A stretch of 24,754 nt of DNA from Bacteroidales bacterium (GTDB taxonomy: Bacteria; Bacteroidota; Bacteroidia; Bacteroidales; UBA12077). The position numbers were made by a program, and so were the translations under genes. The number at the start of each line of letters is the position of its first letter. Within the stretch, counting starts at the first letter, position 1. Of this stretch, positions 1 through 9,708 are shown in pieces. A model generated the notes under the pieces. The model saw only the letters and a program-made list of their open reading frames with translations. It did no database searches and was not told the origin of the DNA. The stretch covers positions 1 to 24,754 of the forward strand of contig JANQHR010000143.1 of assembly GCA_028282585.1 (NCBI GenBank), read 5' to 3'.

Positions 1-1
1 G

Positions 2-712
2 CTAAATTTTAATGAAGGTGGAATTTATTATAGAACAGGTCAACCGTCTGAAACAAATTGGGATATTTGGAGGCAGTTAATAATTACGGATGAAAATGGA
101 AATGTTGGTATAGGAACAACAAGTCCAAATGCAAAACTAGATGTTAACGGAAATGCAGTTTTTGGAACTGCCACAAGAACAACTTTATACGGTCATATAA
201 TTGGTTTTTCTAGAAATAGCGCCAACTACATTTGGGCAGAAGCTACCAGTGGATATTTATTATTTGGAGTTAACGGTGCTTCAAAGGGAATCGCTTATTC
301 TGCAATGCATATTGATGCGGCTAAAACTACACGATTTTATGGAAGTGTAGGAATAGGAACATCAAGCATCTCTATACCAAATGGATACAAATTTGCTGTA
401 GATGGTAAGATAATCTGTGAAGAAGTTAGAGTAGATATGTCAGATAATTGGGCCGATTTCGTTTTCGAAGATGATTACCACTTAATGCCATTACAAGAGC
501 TGGATTCTTACATTCAAGAAAACAGACATTTACCTGAAATTCCAACAGCAGAAGAAGTTGAAGAAAATGGTATTTCAGTTGGTGAAATGAATGCGAAGCT
601 TTTGCAGAAGATTGAGGAGCTTACCCTTTATTTAATTGAAAAAGATAAAGAAGTAAATGAATTAAGAAATGAAATTAACAAATTAGATAAACTAATAAAC
701 GAAAAGTTATGA
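2..712 (+). CDS. Tail-fibre-like protein, 5'-truncated, with GNVGIGT repeats and a C-terminal intramolecular-chaperone (peptidase S74-like)/coiled-coil region
   Basis: The frame of ORF 305..712 is open back to position 2 (LNFNEGGIYYRTGQPSETNWDIWRQLIITDENGNVGIGTTSPNAKLDVNGNAVFG...). It has two GxVGIGT repeats and the C-terminal motif WADFVFEDDY..LQELDSYIQENRHLPEIPTAEEV...GEMNAKLLQKIEELTLYLIE typical of Bacteroidota fibre proteins. The true start lies outside the window. Confidence 0.75.
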   Translation, partial: LNFNEGGIYYRTGQPSETNWDIWRQLIITDENGNVGIGTTSPNAKLDVNGNAVFGTATRTTLYGHIIGFSRNSANYIWAEATSGYLLFGVNGASKGIAYSAMHIDAAKTTRFYGSVGIGTSSISIPNGYKFAVDGKIICEEVRVDMSDNWADFVFEDDYHLMPLQELDSYIQENRHLPEIPTAEEVEENGISVGEMNAKLLQKIEELTLYLIEKDKEVNELRNEINKLDKLINEKL

Positions 713-771
713 GGATTGAACTGAAATTTTATGCAAGACATTTTCATACTTTAATAAAAACATAATAAGCC

Positions 772-3700
772 ATGAAACAAGCGATACTGATTTTAATAAA
801 TTTGTTGGTAATACTAAATTTATATGCTCAGGAGGAAGGTGCCGACTATTTCGATCCTTTTTCTAAAGAACAAATACTACCACCCTCGCCATCTGTAGCT
901 AGTTTGGGTAAATTTGGAGATATACCGGTTTCCACATATACCGGGATTCCTAATATTTCAATTCCAATATGGAACGTTCAAAGTAAAAGCTTAAGCTTAC
1001 CTATATCCGTAAATTATCATTCCGGTGGTTTAAAAGTGGATGAAGTAGCAGGTTGGGTTGGAATTGGATGGGCATTAAATGCCGGTGGCGTAATTAGCCG
1101 CACGGTATATGGTAAACCCGACGATCAAAACGGTTATTTAGTTGATGGGAGCATATTACCCGACCCCAACACAAACTATTCTGATTTTGTAAGCTGGAGG
1201 CCGGCAGATGCAGCATTGAACTTATACTTAAACGGGAGTAAAGACTTACAGCCTGATATTTACAACTATAATTTTGCCGGTAGAAGTGGTAAGTTTATAA
1301 TAGATGCAAACAATAATATCTATACACTGGACCATAAAGTACTTGATATTGAAGTGGATTGGATTAATGGCAGGTTTACTATAACAGATGAATCAGGTAT
1401 CCAATATGTTTTTGGTTCAACCATAGATGGCACCCGGGATGCATACGAAACTACAAGCATTGGGGGAGGGAACTCATATAAATCTGCCTGGCATTTGGTG
1501 GAAATAATAGCCCCTGGTAATACGGATAAGGTCGAGTTATATTATAAACAAGAAAACCTGGATTGGAGTGTAACACCCCATGAAACAAGGTATGTTCGAT
1601 TAACAAGCCTTGCAGGTGCACCAATATTAAGTTCTCAACTTACAGCCTCCGGGGCTAGTTATTTCACATTAAAAATTGATTCTATTATTTCCAACCGTTC
1701 CAAAATAGTTTTTGGCCAGGAACCTGGCAGAGATGATTTAAGTTCCGGTGCAAATAGAGTTAAGCTGGGTTTCATAAGTATTAGAGATAAAGATAATATT
1801 GAATTGAAAAAATTTAGTTTCAATTATGGCTATCTATCATCAGGAGGTACTACATATAAAGATAAACGGTTAAAGTTGGTTAGCATAAAAGAATCTGGCC
1901 AAAACCAACAAGAAGAATTACCACCCTATCAGTTTTTTTATAACGAAAATAATATTCCAAAGCGTGGGTCAAAATCACAGGATCACTGGGGGTATTACAA
2001 TGGGGCTGTTAATACAACATTAGTCCCTTCCATGCAATTAGGAAATGAGGTATTAGCTGGTGCCAACAGGGAACCTAACGAAGCATATTTATATGGCGGA
2101 ATACTTGAAAAAATAGTATACCCAACAGGCGGCTATACAGAATTTGAGTATGAACCCCATAGATATTCATATATAAAGTCAACTAAAATTGATGAATATG
2201 TAAGGGAAAATAATGTTTCCAAAATTTACCATGCCACCTATATCAGCGATGGATTCCAGGTAACTTTCGATCATGAGCAATACATATTTATTGATTTTGA
2301 ATCCCAGCCTTTTATGATGGAGGATGTTGTAATATTAAACATTAAAAAAAACGGGGCAACCATTAAATCATATACGGCAAGAGCCGATGAAACGCTTCTG
2401 GTTGAAAGTGGCACCTATGATTTTGAGTTTATTATGACCTCCGGTAATGACCAGGCTGATTTAACCCTTAATTATACCGAATACGTTACAGGCGAGGTCG
2501 AAAAATCGAAATTAGCAGGTGGGTTAAGAATAAAAAAGATTAGCAGTTGGGATAACAGCACGGCTTCACCTATCGTGAAAAAATATGTGTATGAAGAGCA
2601 GGATGGAACATCAAACGGAATTTTAACCGCACATTTTCCTAAGTATACATATAACATTAAAAATTTAAATGTAACTGGTACAGGTCCGACTGGTTTTCCA
2701 AATGAAGGAGACCCTTTTGTTTATTTGGCACGTAGTTCGCATAATTTGGGACAGGGAGCTAAAACCCATGGTGCTGATGTTGCCTATCAAAAAGTTGTTG
2801 AATTGCATGGTGAAAATGGTGAAAATGGTTCCGTTGAGTTTTTTTATACCAATTCGAGAACTTACCAGGATCACGAAATAAGGGCTAACCCTTTTCCACC
2901 TACTATTTCAAGAGACTGGCAAAGAGGTTTACTTACAAAAAAGGTTTATTTTGATAATAGTAAAAATAAACTAAAGGAAATAAACAATTATTATACATTT
3001 AATGACCAGGTTCATGAGCCTAACTTTAGGTTGATCCCGGGAGTAAAAGCAACATATATTTTAAAATCTAACTATCCGGCAAACACCGAATATTCCTGGA
3101 TAACTTATACGCACGAAGCCGGATGGAAATATAAGAATAAAACAATAGAAACGTCTTATTTTACTGAGGGTTCAGTTATAAAGACCATTGAATACAAATA
3201 TGATAATCCGGGCCATTGTTTGCCTACGGAAATAAAAACATTTAATAGCGATGGAACCGAAAATGTTAAAAGATATAGATACCCGCAGGATTATAACTCG
3301 TCAGCAAGTAACTACCATACATTAATAGGTAAGAACATTCTAAACAAACCTGTTGATAGAAGAACTTACAATGGTTCTACGTTGGCTTCAGGGGCACAAT
3401 ATGAATATAATAATAATGGTGATCTTATCCATATCTATCAGATGGAATCAAAAACCGATATATTATTTGAATATAATGATCCATACACATTTACTCATAA
3501 AAATTCAGTGAGTTATAATTCTGAAGGAAGAATAAAAAAAGTTACAGAAGACAGTAATATTACAACATATTATGTTTGGGCCTACAATTCGCAATATCCG
3601 GTTATAAAGATTCAAAGCAATAATTCCGGACTGAACATTGACGGAATACAAGCAGTCGTAAATGGCTATACCTTATCCGAAAGTGATCAGAAAACAGATA

Positions 3701-3924
3701 TCGATTCTGTTATAAGTACCTTAAAGTTAGCTGTAGGTGCCACAGACGGTGTAGTGACCTATTATACTTATAGTCCTTTATTAGGAATAACCTCTGAAAC
3801 AAATCAAAGAGGGCAGACCATTTATTACAGGTATGATGGTTTTGGAAGGTTGGAAAAAGTGCTCGATCAGGATGGTATTGTAATTAAAGAATATGAATAC
3901 GAGTATGCAACTCAAGCTCAATAA
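772..3924 (+). CDS. Secreted YD/RHS-repeat shell protein (TcB/SpvB-like partner, no RHS core)
   Basis: Signal peptide MKQAILILINLLVILNLYA/Q. Family motifs PPSPSVASLGKFGDIPVSTYTGIPNISIP, GWVGIGWALNAGGVISR, QPDIYNYNFAGRSGKF, DHWGYYNG, YPTGGYTEFEYE and GGLRIKKI. Ends in YD repeats (YTYSPLLGITSET...YRYDGFGRL...EYEYEY) with no PxxxxDPxG core. Confidence 0.8.
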   Translation: MKQAILILINLLVILNLYAQEEGADYFDPFSKEQILPPSPSVASLGKFGDIPVSTYTGIPNISIPIWNVQSKSLSLPISVNYHSGGLKVDEVAGWVGIGWALNAGGVISRTVYGKPDDQNGYLVDGSILPDPNTNYSDFVSWRPADAALNLYLNGSKDLQPDIYNYNFAGRSGKFIIDANNNIYTLDHKVLDIEVDWINGRFTITDESGIQYVFGSTIDGTRDAYETTSIGGGNSYKSAWHLVEIIAPGNTDKVELYYKQENLDWSVTPHETRYVRLTSLAGAPILSSQLTASGASYFTLKIDSIISNRSKIVFGQEPGRDDLSSGANRVKLGFISIRDKDNIELKKFSFNYGYLSSGGTTYKDKRLKLVSIKESGQNQQEELPPYQFFYNENNIPKRGSKSQDHWGYYNGAVNTTLVPSMQLGNEVLAGANREPNEAYLYGGILEKIVYPTGGYTEFEYEPHRYSYIKSTKIDEYVRENNVSKIYHATYISDGFQVTFDHEQYIFIDFESQPFMMEDVVILNIKKNGATIKSYTARADETLLVESGTYDFEFIMTSGNDQADLTLNYTEYVTGEVEKSKLAGGLRIKKISSWDNSTASPIVKKYVYEEQDGTSNGILTAHFPKYTYNIKNLNVTGTGPTGFPNEGDPFVYLARSSHNLGQGAKTHGADVAYQKVVELHGENGENGSVEFFYTNSRTYQDHEIRANPFPPTISRDWQRGLLTKKVYFDNSKNKLKEINNYYTFNDQVHEPNFRLIPGVKATYILKSNYPANTEYSWITYTHEAGWKYKNKTIETSYFTEGSVIKTIEYKYDNPGHCLPTEIKTFNSDGTENVKRYRYPQDYNSSASNYHTLIGKNILNKPVDRRTYNGSTLASGAQYEYNNNGDLIHIYQMESKTDILFEYNDPYTFTHKNSVSYNSEGRIKKVTEDSNITTYYVWAYNSQYPVIKIQSNNSGLNIDGIQAVVNGYTLSESDQKTDIDSVISTLKLAVGATDGVVTYYTYSPLLGITSETNQRGQTIYYRYDGFGRLEKVLDQDGIVIKEYEYEYATQAQ

Positions 3925-3944
3925 ACAATTAAAAATCAGAACAA

Positions 3945-6047
3945 ATGAAAACAAAGAAACAAAAATATATTAGCCTGGTTATAATTGCTTTATTGGTACT
4001 GCAGGCTACAATAACAAATAGCCAACACAAAGAAAAGGTTTGGCAATGGATCAATACTATAGGTGGCCCCGGTTGGGATTATGTGAACGGAATGCAAACA
4101 GATACCGAGGGAAATATCTACATTGGAGGTGCATATTCCGGCGATTTAATGGGGAAACGTAAATTGGCTGAAGGTAATGGAAAACAAGATCTTTTTGTTG
4201 CAAAATATACTCAAAAAGGGAAACTAAAATGGTTATGGAGTGCCGGAGGTATACAGGCCGATAAACTGACAGCCATGTATAGTACAACGAATAATGAACT
4301 CATTATAGGCGGAATTATTACAGGCAAAGCTGAAGTCGGAAAAGAAAAACTGGAGGGTGAAAATAAAAAATTGATCCTTTGTAAACTTAACAGCGATGGA
4401 AAATTACAATGGATGAAAAAAATACCGGTAGAACATCCTGCTTCGGTTTATCAAATTTATCAAAATAAAACCGCAGGTATTTTTGTTGCGGGTACGTTCA
4501 AAAAAACTTTTGCTATTGACAATAAAAAAATAACAAGCAAGGGTAAGGAAGATATTTTCCTGGCTCATTTTACCGGTAGCGGTGAGCTGAAAGAACTAAA
4601 ATCTTTCGGTGGTAAAGATAAAGATATAGTTACATCATTTACCGGTATTGATAATGATAAACTATACATGGCCATCTCTTACCAGGGAGAGCTTGTTTTA
4701 GAAAATAATAAACTTGATGTTCCTGCTAATAAGACAGGTTCGGTTATCTTGGTATTAAACCATCAGTTAGGCTTAAACGAGTCTTATCAACTTGGCAATA
4801 CAAGCTATATTGAACTTACCGCACTGGCCCCTACGCTTAATGGTGATCTTTATGTTTCAGGTAATTTCACACATTCCTTTCAATATAAAAAACATGAATT
4901 GACAAGTATTGGAGCGATGGATTTTTTTGTTGCTAAATTGGATACTTTAGGAAACCCGTTGTGGATAAAAAGTTACGGATCTCCTTATACCGATTATGCG
5001 AATCATATTTTACTGAATCCTGCAGGTGGAATCATGTTAAACGGAACATTTAATGACACCCTGGTGCTGGATACGATGCAGTTGAGTGCATTAAAAGCAA
5101 AAGCAACGGCTTTTGTTTCACAGGTCAATCCTCAAGGAAAAATTATATGGGCCGAAAGTATAGGAGGTAAAAACAATGTTTCAAGCAATCATAGTACTTT
5201 GGATAAGCAAGGTAACATTTTCTTAAGCGGTAGCTTTAAGAATACTATTGAAAATGAAAGATTCAATTTAAAATCACAGGGTGAGGAAGATATTTTTATT
5301 GCCAAGTACCATAACTGCCCTGACCATCCAAATGTAATTAAGGGCGAAACCTATATCTGTGAGTATGGAGAAACCGAATTAAAGATTGAAGGTAAATATG
5401 AGAATATCAGCTGGAACAATGGATTATCCACTGATAAAAAAATCACCATTTTCGAACCGGGAACCTACTTTGTTGAAATGACGGATGAATATGCCTGCCT
5501 GGTACGCGACACAATTGAAATCAATTTAAAGCCAGGTCCGTTATTTAACCTGGGTAACGATACCATTTTATTTACCGGTCAGAGTATAACTTTACAAGGG
5601 CCCGAAGGTATGGAAAGCTATTTATGGCACAACAATTATACCATGCCGGTTCAGTATATTTCTCCACAAGGTGAATATCATCATCAGGTTGATGTGTGGT
5701 TAAGCGTTGTAGATAGCTCGAGCTGTGAATATACGGATAGTTTGCTGGTTAAATTTGAGGTACGAACCCCATTCATTGATATGAAAGAAGCCCATGATTT
5801 GGTTGTATATCCGAATCCGGTTCATGATTTCATAAAATGGACATTAATTTGCGAGCGGAAAACAAGTTTAAGGGTAGAACTTACAAGCATTGGCGGGCAA
5901 ATTGTTTATTCCGAAGAAGTATATAACTATTTACCGGGGCAAACCCAAAAAATTCCGGTGCATAATTTACCGGCAGGTAATTATTACCTCGGAATTGGAA
6001 ATAAAAAAGAGAAACTTACAACTACCGTAGTAATTATAAACAAATAG
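3945..6047 (+). CDS. T9SS type A sorting-domain protein with SBBP-like beta-propeller repeats and Ig-like stalk
   Basis: Signal peptide; repeated GNIY(I/V)xG..DxFVAK...G...W motifs; Ig-like segments (PGTYFVEMTD, LGNDTILFTGQSITL); C-terminal VVYPNPV...LPAGNYYLGI...TTTVVIINK matching the Por/T9SS type A CTD. Confidence 0.85.
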   Translation: MKTKKQKYISLVIIALLVLQATITNSQHKEKVWQWINTIGGPGWDYVNGMQTDTEGNIYIGGAYSGDLMGKRKLAEGNGKQDLFVAKYTQKGKLKWLWSAGGIQADKLTAMYSTTNNELIIGGIITGKAEVGKEKLEGENKKLILCKLNSDGKLQWMKKIPVEHPASVYQIYQNKTAGIFVAGTFKKTFAIDNKKITSKGKEDIFLAHFTGSGELKELKSFGGKDKDIVTSFTGIDNDKLYMAISYQGELVLENNKLDVPANKTGSVILVLNHQLGLNESYQLGNTSYIELTALAPTLNGDLYVSGNFTHSFQYKKHELTSIGAMDFFVAKLDTLGNPLWIKSYGSPYTDYANHILLNPAGGIMLNGTFNDTLVLDTMQLSALKAKATAFVSQVNPQGKIIWAESIGGKNNVSSNHSTLDKQGNIFLSGSFKNTIENERFNLKSQGEEDIFIAKYHNCPDHPNVIKGETYICEYGETELKIEGKYENISWNNGLSTDKKITIFEPGTYFVEMTDEYACLVRDTIEINLKPGPLFNLGNDTILFTGQSITLQGPEGMESYLWHNNYTMPVQYISPQGEYHHQVDVWLSVVDSSSCEYTDSLLVKFEVRTPFIDMKEAHDLVVYPNPVHDFIKWTLICERKTSLRVELTSIGGQIVYSEEVYNYLPGQTQKIPVHNLPAGNYYLGIGNKKEKLTTTVVIINK

Positions 6048-6051
6048 CCCT

Positions 6052-9000
6052 ATGAAAAAGAATATAAAGCAAGTAAATATGAAATTATATAAAACATTAT
6101 TGTTTTTTATAGCAGCAGTAATAAGTCCTGCAATTCTTTTTGCACAGCAAGAAATTACGGTAAACGATGTGGTTATTGGCAATGCAGAAATTAGTGCCAG
6201 TAATCGTATTACGTTAAGTGACGGATTTCATGCCAAAGAAGGATGTACGTTTAGAGCTTATATTTCACCTGAAGCGAATGGAGGACTGACCAATCCTGTA
6301 ATTGTATCTGCTCCTAATGTAAATGTTAGCGGTATACCAACAAGTACTGAAAATTATATACGTACAACCACATTTCCAACAACCGGGATTCGTAGCGAGC
6401 AGGTGGAGTATTTTGATGGATTAGGAAGGCCTGGGCAGATAATAAATGTGGAAGCATCTCCTGAAGGTGATGATATGATTAAACTTGTTTATTATGATAA
6501 TTTCGGAAGAAAAAGTCGTGAATATTTACCTTATGTAGACAATGGAAATGGAAAATATCAAACCAATGCTACTAACAAAGCATTAAATTTTTATGGATCG
6601 CTTGTTTATGGTAAAGATGCAATTGATAGTAAGCCATATTCTGTAACCGATTACGAGGAGTCACCATTGAATCGTGTTTTAAGTATAACCGGTGTTGGAC
6701 AAGATTGGCATACAAACAATAAACCGGTAGCATTTAATTACCGGTCAAATTCCAGTATTACTAGCTGGAACGAATTAGGAGATACCAGGAATTACCCTGC
6801 TAATAGTTTATATGTTTATGAAACAACCGACGAAAATGGAAATGTTACCCGCGAATACAAAGATAAGCTGGAACGGATTGTTTTAAAAGAATCTGTAGTT
6901 AATGGGGAAAATTTACGTACTCATTATATTTATGATAATTATGGTTTATTGCGTACGGTAGTGCCACCATTGGCCAGCAGCCCGGCCGATGGTGAATTAT
7001 GTTATTTTTACGAATATGACGAACAAAAACGGATGATCAGTAAAAAACTACCGGGAGCTGAACCTGTTTATATGGTTTACGATAAGCGAGATCGTTTGGT
7101 GCTTACGCAGGATGGAAACCTTCGCGATGACAGTGATGCCGGCAATGAAACGTATCACTTTATAAAGTATGATGAATTGAACAGGCCAATACTTGAAGGT
7201 AAGATAAAGTTCTCAGCAGCTTTGGATGCTCAAACTCTTTTAGATAGCCATACGGTGCATTATGAAACATATAATGGTTCTAACAGTTCTTATGGTTATT
7301 CTTTAAACAGTAGTTTCCCTGCAGGTTTGAGTATATCAGCTTCGGATGTTGAAACAGTTACCTGGTACGACACATACAATTTTGTGAACGATTTAAGCAA
7401 GCAAAGCGAACTTGCTTATTACACAACCAATTTGCCTCCAGGTTTTGAACCCGGCCATTCGGACAAAACAACAGGCCTGGTAACAGGTACCATGGTAAAA
7501 GCTTACGAACCGGAAGGCAGTGGATATTCCATAGCCCGATCAGAAATGTACAGTGCAAATTATTACGATGATTATGGAAATAACATTCAAACCATATCGC
7601 AACATCATTTGGGAGGGCGTGATGTTTTTAGTTCTCGCCACCAGAATGTTACGCAACTGTTAATGCAAACGCAGCAGCAGCATATACAAGCCGGAAAAAC
7701 ATTAAGAATTTTAGAGGCCTTTGATTACGACCATGCAGGGCGATTACTGGAAACACTTCACCAGGTAAACGACCAGCAACCGGTTGTTTTAACAGCAATG
7801 CGTTATAACGAACTGGGCGAGTTAGTTGAAAAATATATGCATTCCAAAGATGGAAATAATTTTGTACAGAAAGTTGATTATACCTATAACATCCGTGGTT
7901 GGTTAACCAAAATTAACGACCCCGTGCTGGCTGATAACGATATATTTGGAATGCAACTGTATTATAACGATCGTGGTAGTTTGGAGGCAAGTACAGTAAG
8001 CCGGGAACAGTTTAATGGAAATATTGCGGCCATGCGATGGGCAACAATCGAAGATGAAGATAAAATACGCGGTTACGGTTTTGAGTATGATGCATTGAAT
8101 CGTTTAACAACTGCTAATTATGCCGAAGGTAATACATTAGCCTCTAACAAGAATCTGTATTCCATGTCAGCGAGTTACGATAAAAATGGAAACTTTGAAA
8201 CTTTAAATCGCAGGTTTAATAGTGCAAGCACTTATGCCGATGAACTAACATATAGTTATATTGCCGGTACGAATAAACTAAAAAAAGTAACCGATCCTAG
8301 AGGCGATATAGCTGGTGTTGAGGATTATGTTGCGCTAAGTGCAGCCGATTACGATTATGATGATAATGGAAACATGGTATTCGATGCGGGTAAAGACCTT
8401 GAAGTAAAGTATAATTCATTAAACCTGCCTGAGAAAATAAGCGAATTTGGAGGTGCAAGTCCGGCTAAAATCTTTTACCATTACAATGCTGCAGGCGTAA
8501 AACTGGCTAAAACTAACGAAACCAGTACCAGTTCTGTTGAACAAACTACTGAATATGTAGGTAATGTAATTTACATGGATGGCGAAATTGCTTATGTAGC
8601 AACTGCCGAAGGTAGAATGGTACCTGTACAAACCGATACGGAAACCAATTGGCATTATGAGTATAATATAAAGGACCATTTGGGAAATACCCGGGTCACA
8701 TTCGGCGGGTCGTTACTTTCAGGTAAAGTAGATTTAATACAACAAAGCCATTACTACCCCTTTGGTTTGGTATTTAAACAGGAAAATTACCAAAATGCTT
8801 TAGCTGATTATAACAAAAATAAATACCTTTACAATGGAAAGGAATTGCAAGACGACCAGCTTGCAGGGCGTTCTTTGAATTGGTATGATTACGGGGCAAG
8901 GATGTATGATGCTGCATTAGGCCGTTGGCACAGTGTTGACCCTCTTTCCGAGATGTATTTGGCATTAAGCCCATACCATTATGCTGGTAATAATCCTGTT

Positions 9001-9702
9001 AATAATATTGATATCGATGGAAGGTCTTTTTGGAAATCCCAGTGGATGAATCAAAATGTTGGGCATTGGAATGATGCAAATATGAATTATGTATTACCTA
9101 ATAAGGCAGAAGAAAATAAGAATGAAGAGGATAATAATGAGGAAAATAGTGATGGTGAAAGTAATAACGGGGAAAACAATGATGGAGAAAATAAGGAGGA
9201 TAAAGATGATGCGCAAGCTGATGGAAGAGCTGCTTGGTTAGATGACCCTGACAGTTTTCATAATAGTACTTTTGCCAGAATTTTATATCCTGACGCATGG
9301 GTTATCACTGGAGTTGGGACAATTGCATGGAAAGGTGGTGTCTCAGTTGAAATAGGTACAGTAATTATGCAAAGAGGTCCGAAAGCAGGTAAACGAAGAG
9401 ATTTTATAATGCCTGCAGGCGAAACAGGTTACGCTTTTAATGGTGGTATAAAAATAATGGGAATTAATTTCGCTGGACCTGTTAGTGAAATTGATTTTTC
9501 AAGGTTTCAAAGCCTGGCAATAAATGCAGATCTCTCGATAATTCAAGCACCCAAAATAGGATTTTCAGCCACATGGTCACCAGATCCTACTATGGAATCA
9601 TTTGGAGTTTTGGGTAGAGGAGGAAGTTTTGGAGGAGGTTTTTTACCTGCTTCAGCGACAGTAGGAGTAGGATATCCATTTTGGATTAGTGATGAATATT
9701 AA
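6052..9702 (+). CDS. RHS repeat-associated core protein (DUF6443 N-terminal region) with variable C-terminal toxin tip
   Basis: Signal peptide ...PAILFA/QQ (alternative ATG at 6079). DUF6443-like ENYIRT...YFDGLGRP...YDNFGR..REYLPY and many YD repeats. RHS core KDHLGNTR, HYYPFG, YLYNGKELQD, YDYGARMYD..LGRW..VDPL and NNPVNNIDIDG (9010-9021), followed by about 225 aa of linker plus tip. Confidence 0.92.
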   Translation: MKKNIKQVNMKLYKTLLFFIAAVISPAILFAQQEITVNDVVIGNAEISASNRITLSDGFHAKEGCTFRAYISPEANGGLTNPVIVSAPNVNVSGIPTSTENYIRTTTFPTTGIRSEQVEYFDGLGRPGQIINVEASPEGDDMIKLVYYDNFGRKSREYLPYVDNGNGKYQTNATNKALNFYGSLVYGKDAIDSKPYSVTDYEESPLNRVLSITGVGQDWHTNNKPVAFNYRSNSSITSWNELGDTRNYPANSLYVYETTDENGNVTREYKDKLERIVLKESVVNGENLRTHYIYDNYGLLRTVVPPLASSPADGELCYFYEYDEQKRMISKKLPGAEPVYMVYDKRDRLVLTQDGNLRDDSDAGNETYHFIKYDELNRPILEGKIKFSAALDAQTLLDSHTVHYETYNGSNSSYGYSLNSSFPAGLSISASDVETVTWYDTYNFVNDLSKQSELAYYTTNLPPGFEPGHSDKTTGLVTGTMVKAYEPEGSGYSIARSEMYSANYYDDYGNNIQTISQHHLGGRDVFSSRHQNVTQLLMQTQQQHIQAGKTLRILEAFDYDHAGRLLETLHQVNDQQPVVLTAMRYNELGELVEKYMHSKDGNNFVQKVDYTYNIRGWLTKINDPVLADNDIFGMQLYYNDRGSLEASTVSREQFNGNIAAMRWATIEDEDKIRGYGFEYDALNRLTTANYAEGNTLASNKNLYSMSASYDKNGNFETLNRRFNSASTYADELTYSYIAGTNKLKKVTDPRGDIAGVEDYVALSAADYDYDDNGNMVFDAGKDLEVKYNSLNLPEKISEFGGASPAKIFYHYNAAGVKLAKTNETSTSSVEQTTEYVGNVIYMDGEIAYVATAEGRMVPVQTDTETNWHYEYNIKDHLGNTRVTFGGSLLSGKVDLIQQSHYYPFGLVFKQENYQNALADYNKNKYLYNGKELQDDQLAGRSLNWYDYGARMYDAALGRWHSVDPLSEMYLALSPYHYAGNNPVNNIDIDGRSFWKSQWMNQNVGHWNDANMNYVLPNKAEENKNEEDNNEENSDGESNNGENNDGENKEDKDDAQADGRAAWLDDPDSFHNSTFARILYPDAWVITGVGTIAWKGGVSVEIGTVIMQRGPKAGKRRDFIMPAGETGYAFNGGIKIMGINFAGPVSEIDFSRFQSLAINADLSIIQAPKIGFSATWSPDPTMESFGVLGRGGSFGGGFLPASATVGVGYPFWISDEY
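9131..9225 (+). repeat. Acidic Asn/Glu/Asp-rich linker of the RHS tip, copy 1
   Basis: 9138-9160 is identical to 10333-10355 (23 bp). 9187-9225 matches 10352-10390 with one mismatch. Confidence 0.9.
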
Positions 9703-9708
9703 TAAATA

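Noticed and set aside
305-712. 135-aa ORF as a complete gene
   Set aside because: The frame is open to the window start with coherent fibre repeats, so ATG 305 is internal.
2472-8974. Short minus-strand ORFs inside the RHS and T9SS genes
   Set aside because: They overlap long motif-supported genes on the opposite strand and show no recognisable features.
772-9702. T6SS effector locus or classical Tc (ABC) toxin
   Set aside because: The proteins carry Sec signal peptides, and no PAAR, VgrG, Hcp, EagR or TcA-like gene is in the window; upstream sequence is unseen.
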